A stretch of DNA of 64,000 bases from an uncultured Candidatus Rokubacteria bacterium (GCA_963789955.1 CAWBMV010000006.1:96001-160000); one strand, 5' to 3'; shown: positions 30,860 to 40,426, numbered from the stretch's first letter. Notes: generated by a model from the sequence alone, not told the origin. Numbers and translations: made by a program.

Positions 30860-30934
30860 GTCACACCTTCATCGTGGCGCTCGATCGTCGGACGATCGCG
30901 CCCGGGTGCGGGCAGGAGTGGCGACTGACGGAGC

Positions 30935-31288
30935 TTACGAGGCGCGGCTGAACATCGCGCGCAGGACGTTGTAGGCCTTGCGGACGTCCTCCGGACGCCG
31001 CCGCCCCGAGACGAGCGCGAAGATCTTCTCGGCTTCTTCGGTCGGCACGGTGCTGTGCTTGTCGCCGACGTCGGTGAGATCGCGCAGGGGAACCTCGAGC
31101 GCGACCGACACGCGATAGAGACTGTCGATCGAGATCGATTTCTCGCCGCGCTCGACCTCGCCGATGAACTTGCCGCTGAGTCCGGATCCCTTGCCAAGCC
31201 GTTCCTGGCTGAGTGCGCGCTGTTTGCGCAGGGCGCGGAGGCGCTGGCCGAGGAATTTTCTGACGTGTTTGACGGCGCGCTCTGTCAC
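30935..31288 (-). CDS. XRE family HTH transcriptional regulator
   Basis: LGQRLRALRKQRALSQERL...IGEVERGE; SD AGGAGG. Confidence 0.9.
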   Translation of the reverse strand: MTERAVKHVRKFLGQRLRALRKQRALSQERLGKGSGLSGKFIGEVERGEKSISIDSLYRVSVALEVPLRDLTDVGDKHSTVPTEEAEKIFALVSGRRRPEDVRKAYNVLRAMFSRAS

Positions 31289-31442
31289 GGGACGGTGATC
31301 CTCCTGATGGCTGTTACGTTAAACACCTTTCCGTGGTTTGGCAACCGTTCACGCGCCCTCAGGGTGTTCCCCGATACGCGCTCGGCGGAGCTCGGCGCAA
31401 GCCAAAATCGAAAGAATCAGAAGTGAGAACGCGAGAGACGAG

Positions 31443-31751
31443 TCAGGGCAGGTCGATCTCGACCGCGGAGCCGCTCACGCGAACGGAATAGACCGGGACG
31501 GAGAGGCCGGGGGCCACGCGACAGGCGCCGGTGGCGAGCGCGAAATCGTAGCCGTGCCATGGACAGATGACCGCGTCGCCTTCGAGCCACCCTTCGGCGA
31601 GCGGGCCATCTTCGTGCGGGCAGGTCGGGCCGGTGGCATAGAAGCGTCCACCGCCGGCGTTGAACACGGCGATCGTCAGGCCGCCGCGCTCGATCAATGC
31701 TCCCTGGCCGACGGCGATCTCGTCGACCTCCGCGATCTTCACGTAGGGCAT
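31443..31751 (-). CDS. Rieske [2Fe-2S] ferredoxin (NirD-like fold)
   Basis: CPH...CPWH; TGATG coupling to the upstream gene. Confidence 0.92.
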   Translation of the reverse strand: MPYVKIAEVDEIAVGQGALIERGGLTIAVFNAGGGRFYATGPTCPHEDGPLAEGWLEGDAVICPWHGYDFALATGACRVAPGLSVPVYSVRVSGSAVEIDLP

Positions 31752-32390
31752 CAGCGTCGCTCCTGGAGCGCCTTGTCGATGGCCGCGCGAAACTCCTCGA
31801 TGCTGGTGCGCGCCGATCACGGGGCGGCCGTTGATGAGAAACGTGGGAGTGCTGTTGATGCCGAGCGCCTGGGCCTGCTCGATGTCACGCTCGACGTCCG
31901 CCGCGAACCGGCGCTCGTCCAGACAGCGCGCGAACGCGTCGGGATCGAGGCCGAGCTCGCTCGCGTAGGCGAGCAGATCACCGCGCCGGAACTTGGGCTG
32001 CTCCGCGAAGAGACGGTCGTGGTACGGCCAGTACTTGCCCGAGGCGCCGGCGCAGCGCGCCGCCTCGTGCGCGGGGCGCGCCAGGGTATGCATCGAGAGC
32101 GGACGATCCTTGAAGACCAACCGAATGCGACCTTCGTACTCCTCGAACAGCTTGGCCAGCGACCGCTGGACCAATTGACAGTACGGTCACTGGTAGTCGG
32201 AGAACTCGATGATCGTCACCGGCGCTCCTGACGGTCCCTTGACCATGCTCGGAGACCAGGTGAGCTCGACCTGCGCGAAGGCGCGCGCCGGGAACGCCAC
32301 GACGATGAGCGTCAGCAGCGAGAGCGTCACGCCGATCCAGCTGTAGTACACTCGCGGCGGCCGACCGGCGCAGCGCGACAGGTACTTCAC
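31751..32390 (-). CDS. DsbA/Com1-like thioredoxin-fold selenoprotein (UxxC); frameshift near 31805
   Basis: TM/signal segment, KGPSGAPVTIIEFSDYQ-TGA-PYC, AHEAARCA, GINSTPTFLING; TGA at 32187-32189 sits in the first CxxC position. Confidence 0.9.
32152..32174 (-). promoter_or_regulatory. Bacterial SECIS-like hairpin
   Basis: UUGG-(U bulge)-CCAGC-GGUC-GCUGG-CCAA starting 12 nt after UGA. Confidence 0.75.
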
Positions 32391-32441
32391 GGACCGAGAA
32401 TACGATGCGGCCGTGCCCATCGCAACGGGCGGGGAGGATCC

Positions 32442-32900
32442 ATGGAAGCCCTGGTCGAGTACGTCTTTGGAACGTACCCATCGTGGTCCCACCTGGTCGT
32501 CCGTATCGCGTTGGGCGTCATCTTTTTCGCCCACGGCGCCCAGAAGACGTTCGGCTGGTTCGGCGGGCACGGCCTGTCGGCCACCATCAGCGGCTTCCGT
32601 CAGATGAATGTCCCGCCGGCGGCCACGGCGCTCGCGGCGTTCACCGAGTGCTTCGGCGGGCTCGCGCTGATCGTCGGCGTGCTGGCGCGGCCGACGGCGA
32701 TCGGCTTGATCCTGGTGATGCTGGTGGCCATCGCGAAGGTGCACGGCAAGCACGGCTTCTTCCTCAATTTCTCGATGACTCCGGGTAAGGGACACGGCTA
32801 CGAATTCAACCTGGCGCTGATCGCGCTGGCCCTGTCCATCCTGATCGGTGGTGCGGGCGTCTTTTCGATCGATCGGCTCATCGCACCGTTCGGCGGCTAG
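32442..32900 (+). CDS. DoxX family membrane protein
   Basis: RIALGVIFFAHGAQKTFGWFGG, GYEFNL, GAGVFSID. Confidence 0.93.
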   Translation: MEALVEYVFGTYPSWSHLVVRIALGVIFFAHGAQKTFGWFGGHGLSATISGFRQMNVPPAATALAAFTECFGGLALIVGVLARPTAIGLILVMLVAIAKVHGKHGFFLNFSMTPGKGHGYEFNLALIALALSILIGGAGVFSIDRLIAPFGG

Positions 32901-32924
32901 GCTCTGACCGGATTCGTCGCCCGG

Positions 32925-33272
32925 GTGATCGTGAACGCCGCCATGATCTATCTGGCGGCACAGGTCGTGCCGGGTATCGTCCTGCGCGGGAAGCCGCTCT
33001 GGCCGGCCCTGCTGGCGGGGCTGGTCCTGGCGCTCATCAACGCGGTGGTCCGGCCCGTGCTGAAGATCATCACCCTGCCGCTGACGCTCCTGACGCTCGG
33101 CCTCTTTCTGTTCGTGCTGAACGCGTTCTGCCTCTGGCTGACATCGGCCGTCGTCCCCGGCTTCGACGTGGTGGGCTTCCGGGCCGCCTTTCTGGGCGCG
33201 CTCCTGATCACGGTGGTGAGCTGGGCCCTGACGGCCTTCGTGACCGACAGCGGCCGATTCGGGCGTCTTTAA
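32925..33272 (+). CDS. Phage holin family IV (YvlD-like) membrane protein
   Basis: NAVVRPVLKIITLPLTLLTLGLFLFVLNA. Confidence 0.9.
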   Translation: MIVNAAMIYLAAQVVPGIVLRGKPLWPALLAGLVLALINAVVRPVLKIITLPLTLLTLGLFLFVLNAFCLWLTSAVVPGFDVVGFRAAFLGALLITVVSWALTAFVTDSGRFGRL

Positions 33273-34036
33273 GCGGCGCGTCCGCCCTCTTCGCTGAGGG
33301 CCGTGATGACGTAGGTGCCGCTCTTCTCGTCGCGCTCGAGCGTGACGATCTTCTGCTTGGCGGCGTCCTCGAGGAGCTTCGAGAAGGTCGAGAAGCCGTA
33401 GTAGGTCTCGTTGAAGGCCGGGTTCTTCCGGATCATCGTCTGCTTGACCATCGAGCCCCAGAGCGTTTCCTTGTTCTCGCGCTGGAGCGCCTGGATGGCG
33501 TCGATGAGCTGCGCCATCGCCTCCGCCTTCTTCTCGGGCATCCCGCGCAGCAGCGTCGTCTTCTTCGTGTCGCGGATCAGGTCCTCGTAGAAGATGAACT
33601 CGTCGCAGTTGGCGACCAGCAGATCCGACGACGACGATTTGACGCCGAGCCCGATCACGTAGCGGTCGTTCTCGCGGAGCTTGGAGACGAGCGGCGAGAA
33701 GTCCGAATCGCCCGAGACCAGCGCGAAGGAGTCGATGTGGGTCTTGCCATAGGCGAGGTCGAGGGCGTCGACGACCATCCGGATGTCGGCGGAGTTCTTG
33801 CCGCTGTAGCGCGACTGCGGGACGTCGATCAGCTCGATCGCCCACTCGTGGAAGGGGCGCTTGTACTCGGTGAACCGATTCCAGTCGGCGTACGCGCGCC
33901 GGACGATGATCTTGCCCTTCTCCAGCAACCGCTCGAGGACCAGCTTGATCTCGAAGGCCTTGTACTGCGCTTCCTTGACGCCGCGGGCGATGTTCTCGAA
34001 GTCGATGAACAGCGCCAGCTTCCGTTCCCCGTTCAT
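33269..34036 (-). CDS. NYN (LabA/PIN) domain protein with C-terminal OST-HTH
   Basis: FIDFEN, KNSADIRMVVDA, SGDSDFSP, CDEF, YGFSTFSKLL. Confidence 0.93.
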   Translation of the reverse strand: MNGERKLALFIDFENIARGVKEAQYKAFEIKLVLERLLEKGKIIVRRAYADWNRFTEYKRPFHEWAIELIDVPQSRYSGKNSADIRMVVDALDLAYGKTHIDSFALVSGDSDFSPLVSKLRENDRYVIGLGVKSSSSDLLVANCDEFIFYEDLIRDTKKTTLLRGMPEKKAEAMAQLIDAIQALQRENKETLWGSMVKQTMIRKNPAFNETYYGFSTFSKLLEDAAKQKIVTLERDEKSGTYVITALSEEGGRAA

Positions 34037-34150
34037 CCCCGCAGTCCTTTCGTCCGGCGCTCCACCGGAGCGGGGCGCCGACTGGTGTTGATTATACGGC
34101 GCGACTCCATCCGCCAGAAAGCTTCTGGGCGCGTTGTATAGTTGGTCGAC

Positions 34151-34795
34151 ATGAAGCAGAAGCTCGATCCGGCCCTCGCCGCGCGCGTCCCGCCCGGCCA
34201 GATCCTGACGGCCAAGTGGCCCGTGCTCACGTACGGCCGCACCCCGCGCTTCGATCCCGCCCGCTGGACGTTCCGCTGCTACGGTCTGGTCGAGCGTGAG
34301 ACCACGTGGACGTGGCCCGAGTTCCAGGCCCTGCCGCGGGTCACGATCACCTCGGACATCCACTGCGTGACCCGCTGGTCGAAGCTCGACAACGTCTGGG
34401 AGGGCGTGCCGATCCGCGAGATCGTGGATCGGGTGAAGCCGCGGCGCGAGGCCGCGTTCGTCATGCAGCATGCGGACCCGGACTACACGACCAACACCGC
34501 GCTCGCGGACCTCGTGCAGGACGACGTGATCCTGGCGCTCAAGCACAATGGCCGCGATCTGGAGCCCGACCACGGCGGCCCCGTGCGGCTGGTGCTCCCC
34601 AAGCTCTACTTCTGGAAGAGCTCGAAATGGCTCCGCGCGTTCGAGTTCCTCGACGTCAACCCGCCCGGGTTCTGGGAGCAGAACGGCTATCACATGCACG
34701 CCGACCCGTGGACCGAAGAGCGCTATTCCGATCAGGAGACCCACGCCATGCAGCAGATGCGCGCCGAGGCCGCGCGCCGTCTCCGCGATCGTTAG
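34151..34795 (+). CDS. Sulfite oxidase-like molybdopterin oxidoreductase
   Basis: RVPPGQ, DIHCVTRWS, HGGPVRL, YFWKSSKW, GFWEQNGYH. Confidence 0.92.
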   Translation: MKQKLDPALAARVPPGQILTAKWPVLTYGRTPRFDPARWTFRCYGLVERETTWTWPEFQALPRVTITSDIHCVTRWSKLDNVWEGVPIREIVDRVKPRREAAFVMQHADPDYTTNTALADLVQDDVILALKHNGRDLEPDHGGPVRLVLPKLYFWKSSKWLRAFEFLDVNPPGFWEQNGYHMHADPWTEERYSDQETHAMQQMRAEAARRLRDR

Positions 34796-34822
34796 GCCGC
34801 CCCGCTTCCGGCCCGCCCGCCG

Positions 34823-35647
34823 TCAGGCCGACAGGAAATCGCTCAGGAGAGCCTGGAAGGCGACCGGCTGGTCACCGGGGACCGTATGGCCGGCGCCGGG
34901 GACTTCCGCGAACCGGGTGTTGAGATTTTCGTCGAGCATCCGCTTGGCGATCTCCGGGGACAGGACGTCGGAGTCGGCGCCGCGCACGAGCAAGATCGGA
35001 CAGGTGATACCGCGCCAGAGCGGCCAGAGGTCGATCGGATCGCGCCACGTTCCGGCGCGCACGGCGTCGCGAAGCCCTCGATCGTATTTCCAGGTGAGAC
35101 CGCCCTCGACGGGCCGCGTGCCGTGCTGGACCCGGTGGCGGAGCATCGCCTCGGTGTAGAGCGGGTTGGTCAGACGATGGAACGCCAGCGCGTGCTCGAG
35201 GCTCGGAAACAGCTCGGGCGAGCGAGCCATGAGCGTGCCGACACGGAGCATTCCCGCCTCGGAGATCTCCGGGCCGATGTCCACGATCACCAGCCGCTCG
35301 ACGCGCGCCGGCGCCTGCCCGGCGAAGCCGATCGCGACCCGTCCGCCCATCGAGAGCCCGACGATCGAGAGCCGCGAGAGGCCGAGGGCGTCGGTGAACG
35401 CCGCGACGTCGGCCGACATCGTGGCGACCGTGTAGTCGGCGTTCGGTGACGGATCCGAGTCACCGTGGCCCCGCTGGTCGAGCGCGAGCACACGAAAGCG
35501 AGCGGCGAGCCCGGCGGCTTCCTCGTCCCAGGTTCGCGCGTGGCCGGTGACACCGTGGAGCATCAGCAGCGGTGGCGCCGTCGCGGCGCCCCACTCGGCG
35601 TAGTGAAATCGCTGGCCGTGCAGGATCAGGGTTCGATCGCGATGCAT
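34823..35647 (-). CDS. Alpha/beta fold hydrolase
   Basis: LHG, DQRGHGDS, GLSMGG, GAGH. Confidence 0.92.
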   Translation of the reverse strand: MHRDRTLILHGQRFHYAEWGAATAPPLLMLHGVTGHARTWDEEAAGLAARFRVLALDQRGHGDSDPSPNADYTVATMSADVAAFTDALGLSRLSIVGLSMGGRVAIGFAGQAPARVERLVIVDIGPEISEAGMLRVGTLMARSPELFPSLEHALAFHRLTNPLYTEAMLRHRVQHGTRPVEGGLTWKYDRGLRDAVRAGTWRDPIDLWPLWRGITCPILLVRGADSDVLSPEIAKRMLDENLNTRFAEVPGAGHTVPGDQPVAFQALLSDFLSA

Positions 35648-35724
35648 TGAAAGATCTTAGCAGGCCCGGTCGCGACGTCGACTGAAGGCGTGGTTCGGCG
35701 CCCGAACCTGCTACGATCCGCTCG

Positions 35725-36630
35725 ATGGAGGCGCACCTACATCGGCAGACCGCCGCCGCGCGCTCGCGCGGCCGGTTGACCGCGACCCTGGCCCTCACGT
35801 GCGGGTTCCTCCTCGTCGAAGTGGCCGGCGCGCTGTGGTCGGGCAGCCTCGCGCTCCTGGCCGACGCGGCGCACATGCTCGCCGACGCCGGCGGTCTGGC
35901 GCTCGCGCTGTTCGCCATCTGGATCGCCGGACGGCCGCCGACGCCGGCGAAGACCTATGGCTACTATCGCGCGGAGATCCTCGCCGCGCTGGTCAACGCG
36001 GTCGCGCTGCTCGCGGTCGCCGGCGGAATCCTGTTCGAGACGTACCGGCGGCTCCTGATGCCGCCGGCGATCCTCGGCGGTCCGATGCTCGGCGTGGCGG
36101 TGGTCGGGCTCGTCGTGAATCTCGCCTGCGCCGGGCTGCTCCACGGCGCCGCCGAGACGAGCCTCAACGTTCGCGCGGCGTACCTCGAGGTGCTCGGTGA
36201 CGCGCTCAGCTCCCTCGGCGTGGTCGTCGCCGGGGCGCTGGTGGTCGTCACCGGCTGGACGCTCGCCGACCCGCTGGTGAGCGGCGCGATCGCGCTCGTG
36301 ATCGTCCCGCGCACGTGGCGGCTCTTGCGGCAGGCGGTCAACGTGCTCCTGGAGGGCACGCCGGCGCACCTGAACCTGGGTGAGATCGAAGAGGCGATGC
36401 GCTCGGTGTCCGGCGTGCGGCGAGTGCACGACCTGCACGTGTGGACGCTCACCTCGGAACGCGAGGCCATGAGCGCCCACGTCGTCGTCGACGACGTCCG
36501 CGACAGCGAGCGGCTGCTGGAGACGCTCCACGCCGTGCTGCACGCCCGCTTCGGCATCGACCACACCACGATCCAGCTCGAGATGGAGCCGTCCGCGGTG
36601 CTGCGCATCCAGGGACCGAGCTCAGCCTAG
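35725..36630 (+). CDS. Cation diffusion facilitator (CzcD/ZitB-like)
   Basis: ALLADAAHMLAD, TYGYYRAE, NVRAAYL, VHDLHVW, HTTIQ. Confidence 0.94.
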   Translation: MEAHLHRQTAAARSRGRLTATLALTCGFLLVEVAGALWSGSLALLADAAHMLADAGGLALALFAIWIAGRPPTPAKTYGYYRAEILAALVNAVALLAVAGGILFETYRRLLMPPAILGGPMLGVAVVGLVVNLACAGLLHGAAETSLNVRAAYLEVLGDALSSLGVVVAGALVVVTGWTLADPLVSGAIALVIVPRTWRLLRQAVNVLLEGTPAHLNLGEIEEAMRSVSGVRRVHDLHVWTLTSEREAMSAHVVVDDVRDSERLLETLHAVLHARFGIDHTTIQLEMEPSAVLRIQGPSSA

Positions 36631-37201
36631 GGAGACGCCGGTCTCGGTGAGGAGGCTCGCCGACCTTCTCGGCCGGCGCCGCGAGCGAGGACGGTGACAC
36701 CGTCGGTCGACCCTGGCCCAGGCGGGCTTTCACCGTCGGCGACACGAAAAACAGAACGAGGATCGCGTTCAGGAGCAGCGAGAGGATCAGCCACCGCCTC
36801 AGTCGGACCAGACGCCCCTGCTTGAACCAGAGGAGGCGTTCGAGCTTGTGCTCGTACGTCTCCTCGGGAGCGAAATGCTCGATCGGCCAGGCGCGTTCTT
36901 TCGAGCTCCCTGACGGCTCGGCGGTCGGCACCAGCACGAAGGCGAAGCCGTCTCGCTCGAGCGCGCGGGCGACGTGATCTCGCTGCCGGCGCTCGATCGA
37001 CGGTTGATTCGTCGTCGGACCGTCTCGGCGACGGTCCACGATGATCTCGAGCTCGTCACGCGAGCCGACCGCGGTCGTGAGTCCCGCGACGAACACGCCG
37101 GACATCAGGGGGGTCCGCGAGACGACGCACAGGCGCCGCGTCGCGACGGGGGATCCCGTGGGCAGCGTGAGATGAGCGACCAGCTCTCGACTGTTGTTCA
37201 T
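36627..37201 (-). CDS. Hypothetical protein with IIVDRR...ERR motif and C-terminal TM helix (3' end uncertain)
   Basis: LCVVSR...EIIVDRRR...IERRQR...LERDGFAFV, then WLILSLLLNAILVLFFV. Confidence 0.6.
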
Positions 37202-37388
37202 CGGGTACCGGACATATTCATAGCGTGACAGCCCCGAATCTTCGGCAGTTTTTCTGGGCGGCCCAGGACCGGGAAGACCTTGTTGCTGCGAGCGCTCCGC
37301 GACCGGCCCGATGCCGACACCGTGAGCACGCCCCTCTTCGTCGCCTCGATCTCCTCCGATCCGGTATAGTTGCCGCCGGAGGCTGCCC

Positions 37389-38936
37389 ATGGCGACATAT
37401 GCGCTCACGGAAAAAGCGGTCGTTCTGCGGTCCGAGGACGACGTCGCGGTCGCGAAGGCCGAGCTGCCGGCCGGCACCATTCTCGAGGACGGCGGCCGGC
37501 GCATCGAGGTGCGCCAGGACATCAAGCCCGGCCACAAGGTCGCGCGCCGCGCCGTCGCGACCGGCGACCCCGTCCGTCGCTACGGGCAGGTCATCGGCTT
37601 CGCCACGCAAGACATCGCGGTGGGCGACCACGTTCACACCCAGAACCTCGGCATCGGCGATCTGAGCACGGATCGCTACGAGATCGGCGTGGACGTGCAT
37701 CCCGTCGAGTTCTATCCGCCCGCGCAGATGCGCACCTTCGACGGCTACCAGCGAGAAGACGGCCGCGTCGGCACGCGCAACTACGTCGCCGTCATCTCGG
37801 GGGTCAACTGCTCGGCGAGCGTGAGCCAGTTCGTCAAGGACCGCTTCCGCGACGTGTCGAAGGACTACCCGAACATCGACGGGGTCCTCGCCATCACCCA
37901 CAAGTCCGGCTGCGGGACCAAGCTCTTCGGCGAGGACCACATGGCGCTCCAGCGCGTGCTCGCCGGCTACGCCAAGCATCCGAATGTGGCCGCGTACCTT
38001 CTGATCGGGCTCGGCTGCGAGACCAACCAGGCGGCGGTCATGGTCGAGCGCCAGCGCATGGCGGCGCCCGGTCATCCCGAGCGTAAGCCGACGATCATCA
38101 ACATCCAGGAGGCGGGCGGGATCCGCAAGACGGTCGACCGCGCCTCGCAGGAAGTGGCCAAGCTCCTGCCGTTCGCCAACGAGGCGCGGCGCACGCCGCA
38201 GCCGATCTCGGAGCTCACGCTCGCCACCAATTGCGGCGGCTCCGACGCGAACTCCGGCATGACCGCCAACCCGGCGCTTGGCTGGGCCGTCGACGAGCTC
38301 GTCCGCTACGGCGGCACCGGCGTGCTCGCCGAAACACCCGAGATCTACGGCGCCGAGCATCTGCTGATCCGGCGCGCCGTCAACGAGGGCGTCGCCAAGA
38401 AGCTGATCGATCGCTACAAATGGTGGGAGTGGTACTGCCGCGGGATCGAGGCGATGGACAACAATCCAGCGCCGGGCAACAAGGCGGGCGGGATCACCAC
38501 GGTGTTCGAGAAGTCGCTCGGCGGCGTCACCAAGGGCGGAACAACCCCGATGATGGACGTGTTCCTCTACGGCGAGCCGATCACCACGCGCGGCTTCGTG
38601 TTCATGGACACGCCGGGCCACGATCCGGTCTCGATCACCGGGCTCGTCGCGGGTGGCTGCAACATCATCTGCTTCACGACGGGGCGCGGGTCCGTCTTCG
38701 GGTGCAAGCCCGTACCCTCGATCAAGCTCGCGACGAACTCGCTGATGTACCGCCACATGGCGGAAGACATGGACATCAACTGCGGCGTCGTGCTCGAGGG
38801 CACGCCGATCGCGACGGTCGGCCGTCAGATCTTCGAAGAGGTGATCGCAGTCGCGTCGGGCAAGCGCTCGAAGAGCGAGCTCTCGGGTGTCGGTGAAGAA
38901 GAGTTCGCGCCCTGGATCATCGGCCCGGTGATGTGA
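37389..38936 (+). CDS. Altronate/galactarate dehydratase family (SAF + UxaA domains)
   Basis: GHKVA, VHTQN, GTRNY, LGCE, CGGSD, ETPE, PGNKAGG, EKSLG, FTTGRG. Confidence 0.93.
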   Translation: MATYALTEKAVVLRSEDDVAVAKAELPAGTILEDGGRRIEVRQDIKPGHKVARRAVATGDPVRRYGQVIGFATQDIAVGDHVHTQNLGIGDLSTDRYEIGVDVHPVEFYPPAQMRTFDGYQREDGRVGTRNYVAVISGVNCSASVSQFVKDRFRDVSKDYPNIDGVLAITHKSGCGTKLFGEDHMALQRVLAGYAKHPNVAAYLLIGLGCETNQAAVMVERQRMAAPGHPERKPTIINIQEAGGIRKTVDRASQEVAKLLPFANEARRTPQPISELTLATNCGGSDANSGMTANPALGWAVDELVRYGGTGVLAETPEIYGAEHLLIRRAVNEGVAKKLIDRYKWWEWYCRGIEAMDNNPAPGNKAGGITTVFEKSLGGVTKGGTTPMMDVFLYGEPITTRGFVFMDTPGHDPVSITGLVAGGCNIICFTTGRGSVFGCKPVPSIKLATNSLMYRHMAEDMDINCGVVLEGTPIATVGRQIFEEVIAVASGKRSKSELSGVGEEEFAPWIIGPVM

Positions 38937-40038
38937 GGCCGGCGATCGGGCGCTCGCGGCCGGTGCGCGGCTCGGACGCGCCGCCGACGAGCTGAGTCGC
39001 GAGCCGGCGGGCCGCGAGGCCGCCGGCGGCCGCATACGCGATGGTGAGCGCGAGCGCCACCGCGGTCTCGACGCCGTTCGGGGTGAGCGGCGCGTAGGCC
39101 GGCAGGGTCGAGAGAAACCACGCGTACGCGGCGAAGAGGCTCATGGCGTAGACGATCGCCGCCACCCCTGGACGCCGCCGCGGCTCGGCCAGCGCCATCA
39201 GGGCCGCCGGCACGAGCGGTAGCGCCAGACGCAGCGGCCACGGCGCCGGCGGCACCGCCTGATTCTTTGCCGCGATCTCCCGGCCCACCGCGATCGGCGA
39301 GCTGGTGTCCTGCGCGACCGCCTCGTCGATGACCGACACGGGCTGAAGCAGCGCGAACCCGCCCCGGGCGATCTGCTGGCCGACGATCCCGAGCGCGAAG
39401 GACAGGATCACCGCGAAGGCCGGCGCCCACCGAAGCGCCGAGATCCGCGTCGTCGTCACGAGCGTCAATGACAGGAGCAACGCGGCGAGCATGGCAAAGC
39501 TGTGGAACAAGATACCGCCGTGGGCGTAGGCGAGCAGCCACGCTGGATCCAGAGTGACGCGCACGCCCCCGTAGAGGAGCGCCCCGGCGAGGACGAGCGC
39601 CGCGCGGCCGGCCCGGCTGCGAAGCGGGTACACCTCGATGGCGATCACGAGACAGCCGAGCGTGCTCACCGCCGAGCCGAGCAAGGCCAGCAGATGCGGC
39701 GGGCTCCAGAGCGTCACGTCGAGCCCGAAGAGGCGGTGCCAGAGGTCGTCGATCGGCGCCGCGAGCACCACGAGCACGAGACCAAGCGCGGCCAGACGGA
39801 ACCCGCGCGTCGACGGGACTCCGCACCACCACTCGTAGGCGAGCACGCCCCAGCCGAGCGCCAGTCCCACGACAACGCTGCCGTAGATCATCAGGTGCGG
39901 GGCGATCCAGAACGAGTCGCGCCCGATCGTCATGTGCCACTGGATGTCCCAGCCGAGACCCCACGCACCCACGACCTTGGCGGCCAGAGCGCCCCAGAGC
40001 GCGGCGCGACGGTAGGCGAGCGGCGAGTCGGCGCTCAC
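38917..40038 (-). CDS. Multi-pass membrane protein with two D-x3-H-x12/13-H motifs
   Basis: WDIQWHMTIGRDSFWIAPH and IDDLWHRLFGLDVTLWSPPH; GTGA overlap with the clpS stop. Confidence 0.78.
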   Translation of the reverse strand: MSADSPLAYRRAALWGALAAKVVGAWGLGWDIQWHMTIGRDSFWIAPHLMIYGSVVVGLALGWGVLAYEWWCGVPSTRGFRLAALGLVLVVLAAPIDDLWHRLFGLDVTLWSPPHLLALLGSAVSTLGCLVIAIEVYPLRSRAGRAALVLAGALLYGGVRVTLDPAWLLAYAHGGILFHSFAMLAALLLSLTLVTTTRISALRWAPAFAVILSFALGIVGQQIARGGFALLQPVSVIDEAVAQDTSSPIAVGREIAAKNQAVPPAPWPLRLALPLVPAALMALAEPRRRPGVAAIVYAMSLFAAYAWFLSTLPAYAPLTPNGVETAVALALTIAYAAAGGLAARRLATQLVGGASEPRTGRERPIAGLTSPGR

Positions 40039-40322
40039 GACTGCACGACCGTGACGATGAGGCCGATCGACGCCAGGACGTTGCCGACGCGCACGCATTC
40101 CGTTTCCGCGCCGACCTTGACCACGGCCCGCCCGGTGTTGTGCACCTGCCAGGCCAGCTCCCAGCCCTTGGCCTCGCTGCAGCCGGTCGCCTTCTGAAGC
40201 TGTTTCACGACTTGCTCGAACGTGTGGCAGTCGCAATTGTGAAGAATCGTCATCCACGGCGGGGCGACGGCTTCCTGGTCGACCTGCTCGACATCGGATT
40301 CCGGTGTGGCCTTCTCGACCAT
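40035..40322 (-). CDS. clpS: ClpS-family Clp protease adaptor (atypical pocket)
   Basis: PPWMTILHNCDCHTFEQVV...AWQVHNTGRAVV...LASIGL. Confidence 0.85.
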   Translation of the reverse strand: MVEKATPESDVEQVDQEAVAPPWMTILHNCDCHTFEQVVKQLQKATGCSEAKGWELAWQVHNTGRAVVKVGAETECVRVGNVLASIGLIVTVVQS

Positions 40323-40336
40323 TCCTTAGACTACTC

Positions 40337-40426
40337 CTAGGGCGTACGGAACCACGCGTGGGCGGGCGGAGCCAGCAACGCGACGGCGAGGAGCGCGGCG
40401 ATCAGCGCTCGGCTCACGAGCTTCAT
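40337..40426 (-). CDS. Small secreted-peptide precursor MKLVSRALIAALLAVALLAPPAHA-WFRTP (29 aa, not in the ORF track)
   Basis: SD GGGAGG 8 nt upstream of ATG, n/h/c signal-peptide regions with A-H-A site, TAG stop. Confidence 0.65.
   Translation of the reverse strand: MKLVSRALIAALLAVALLAPPAHAWFRTP

Noticed and set aside
31443..32174. DsbA-Rieske fusion ORF
   Set aside because: The linker is implausible as protein; a one-base shift gives SIEEFRAAIDKALQERR-stop with TGATG coupling
32925..33272. Prophage suggested by the holin-family gene
   Set aside because: YvlD-type genes are commonly chromosomal; no phage genes, integrase or att sites are present
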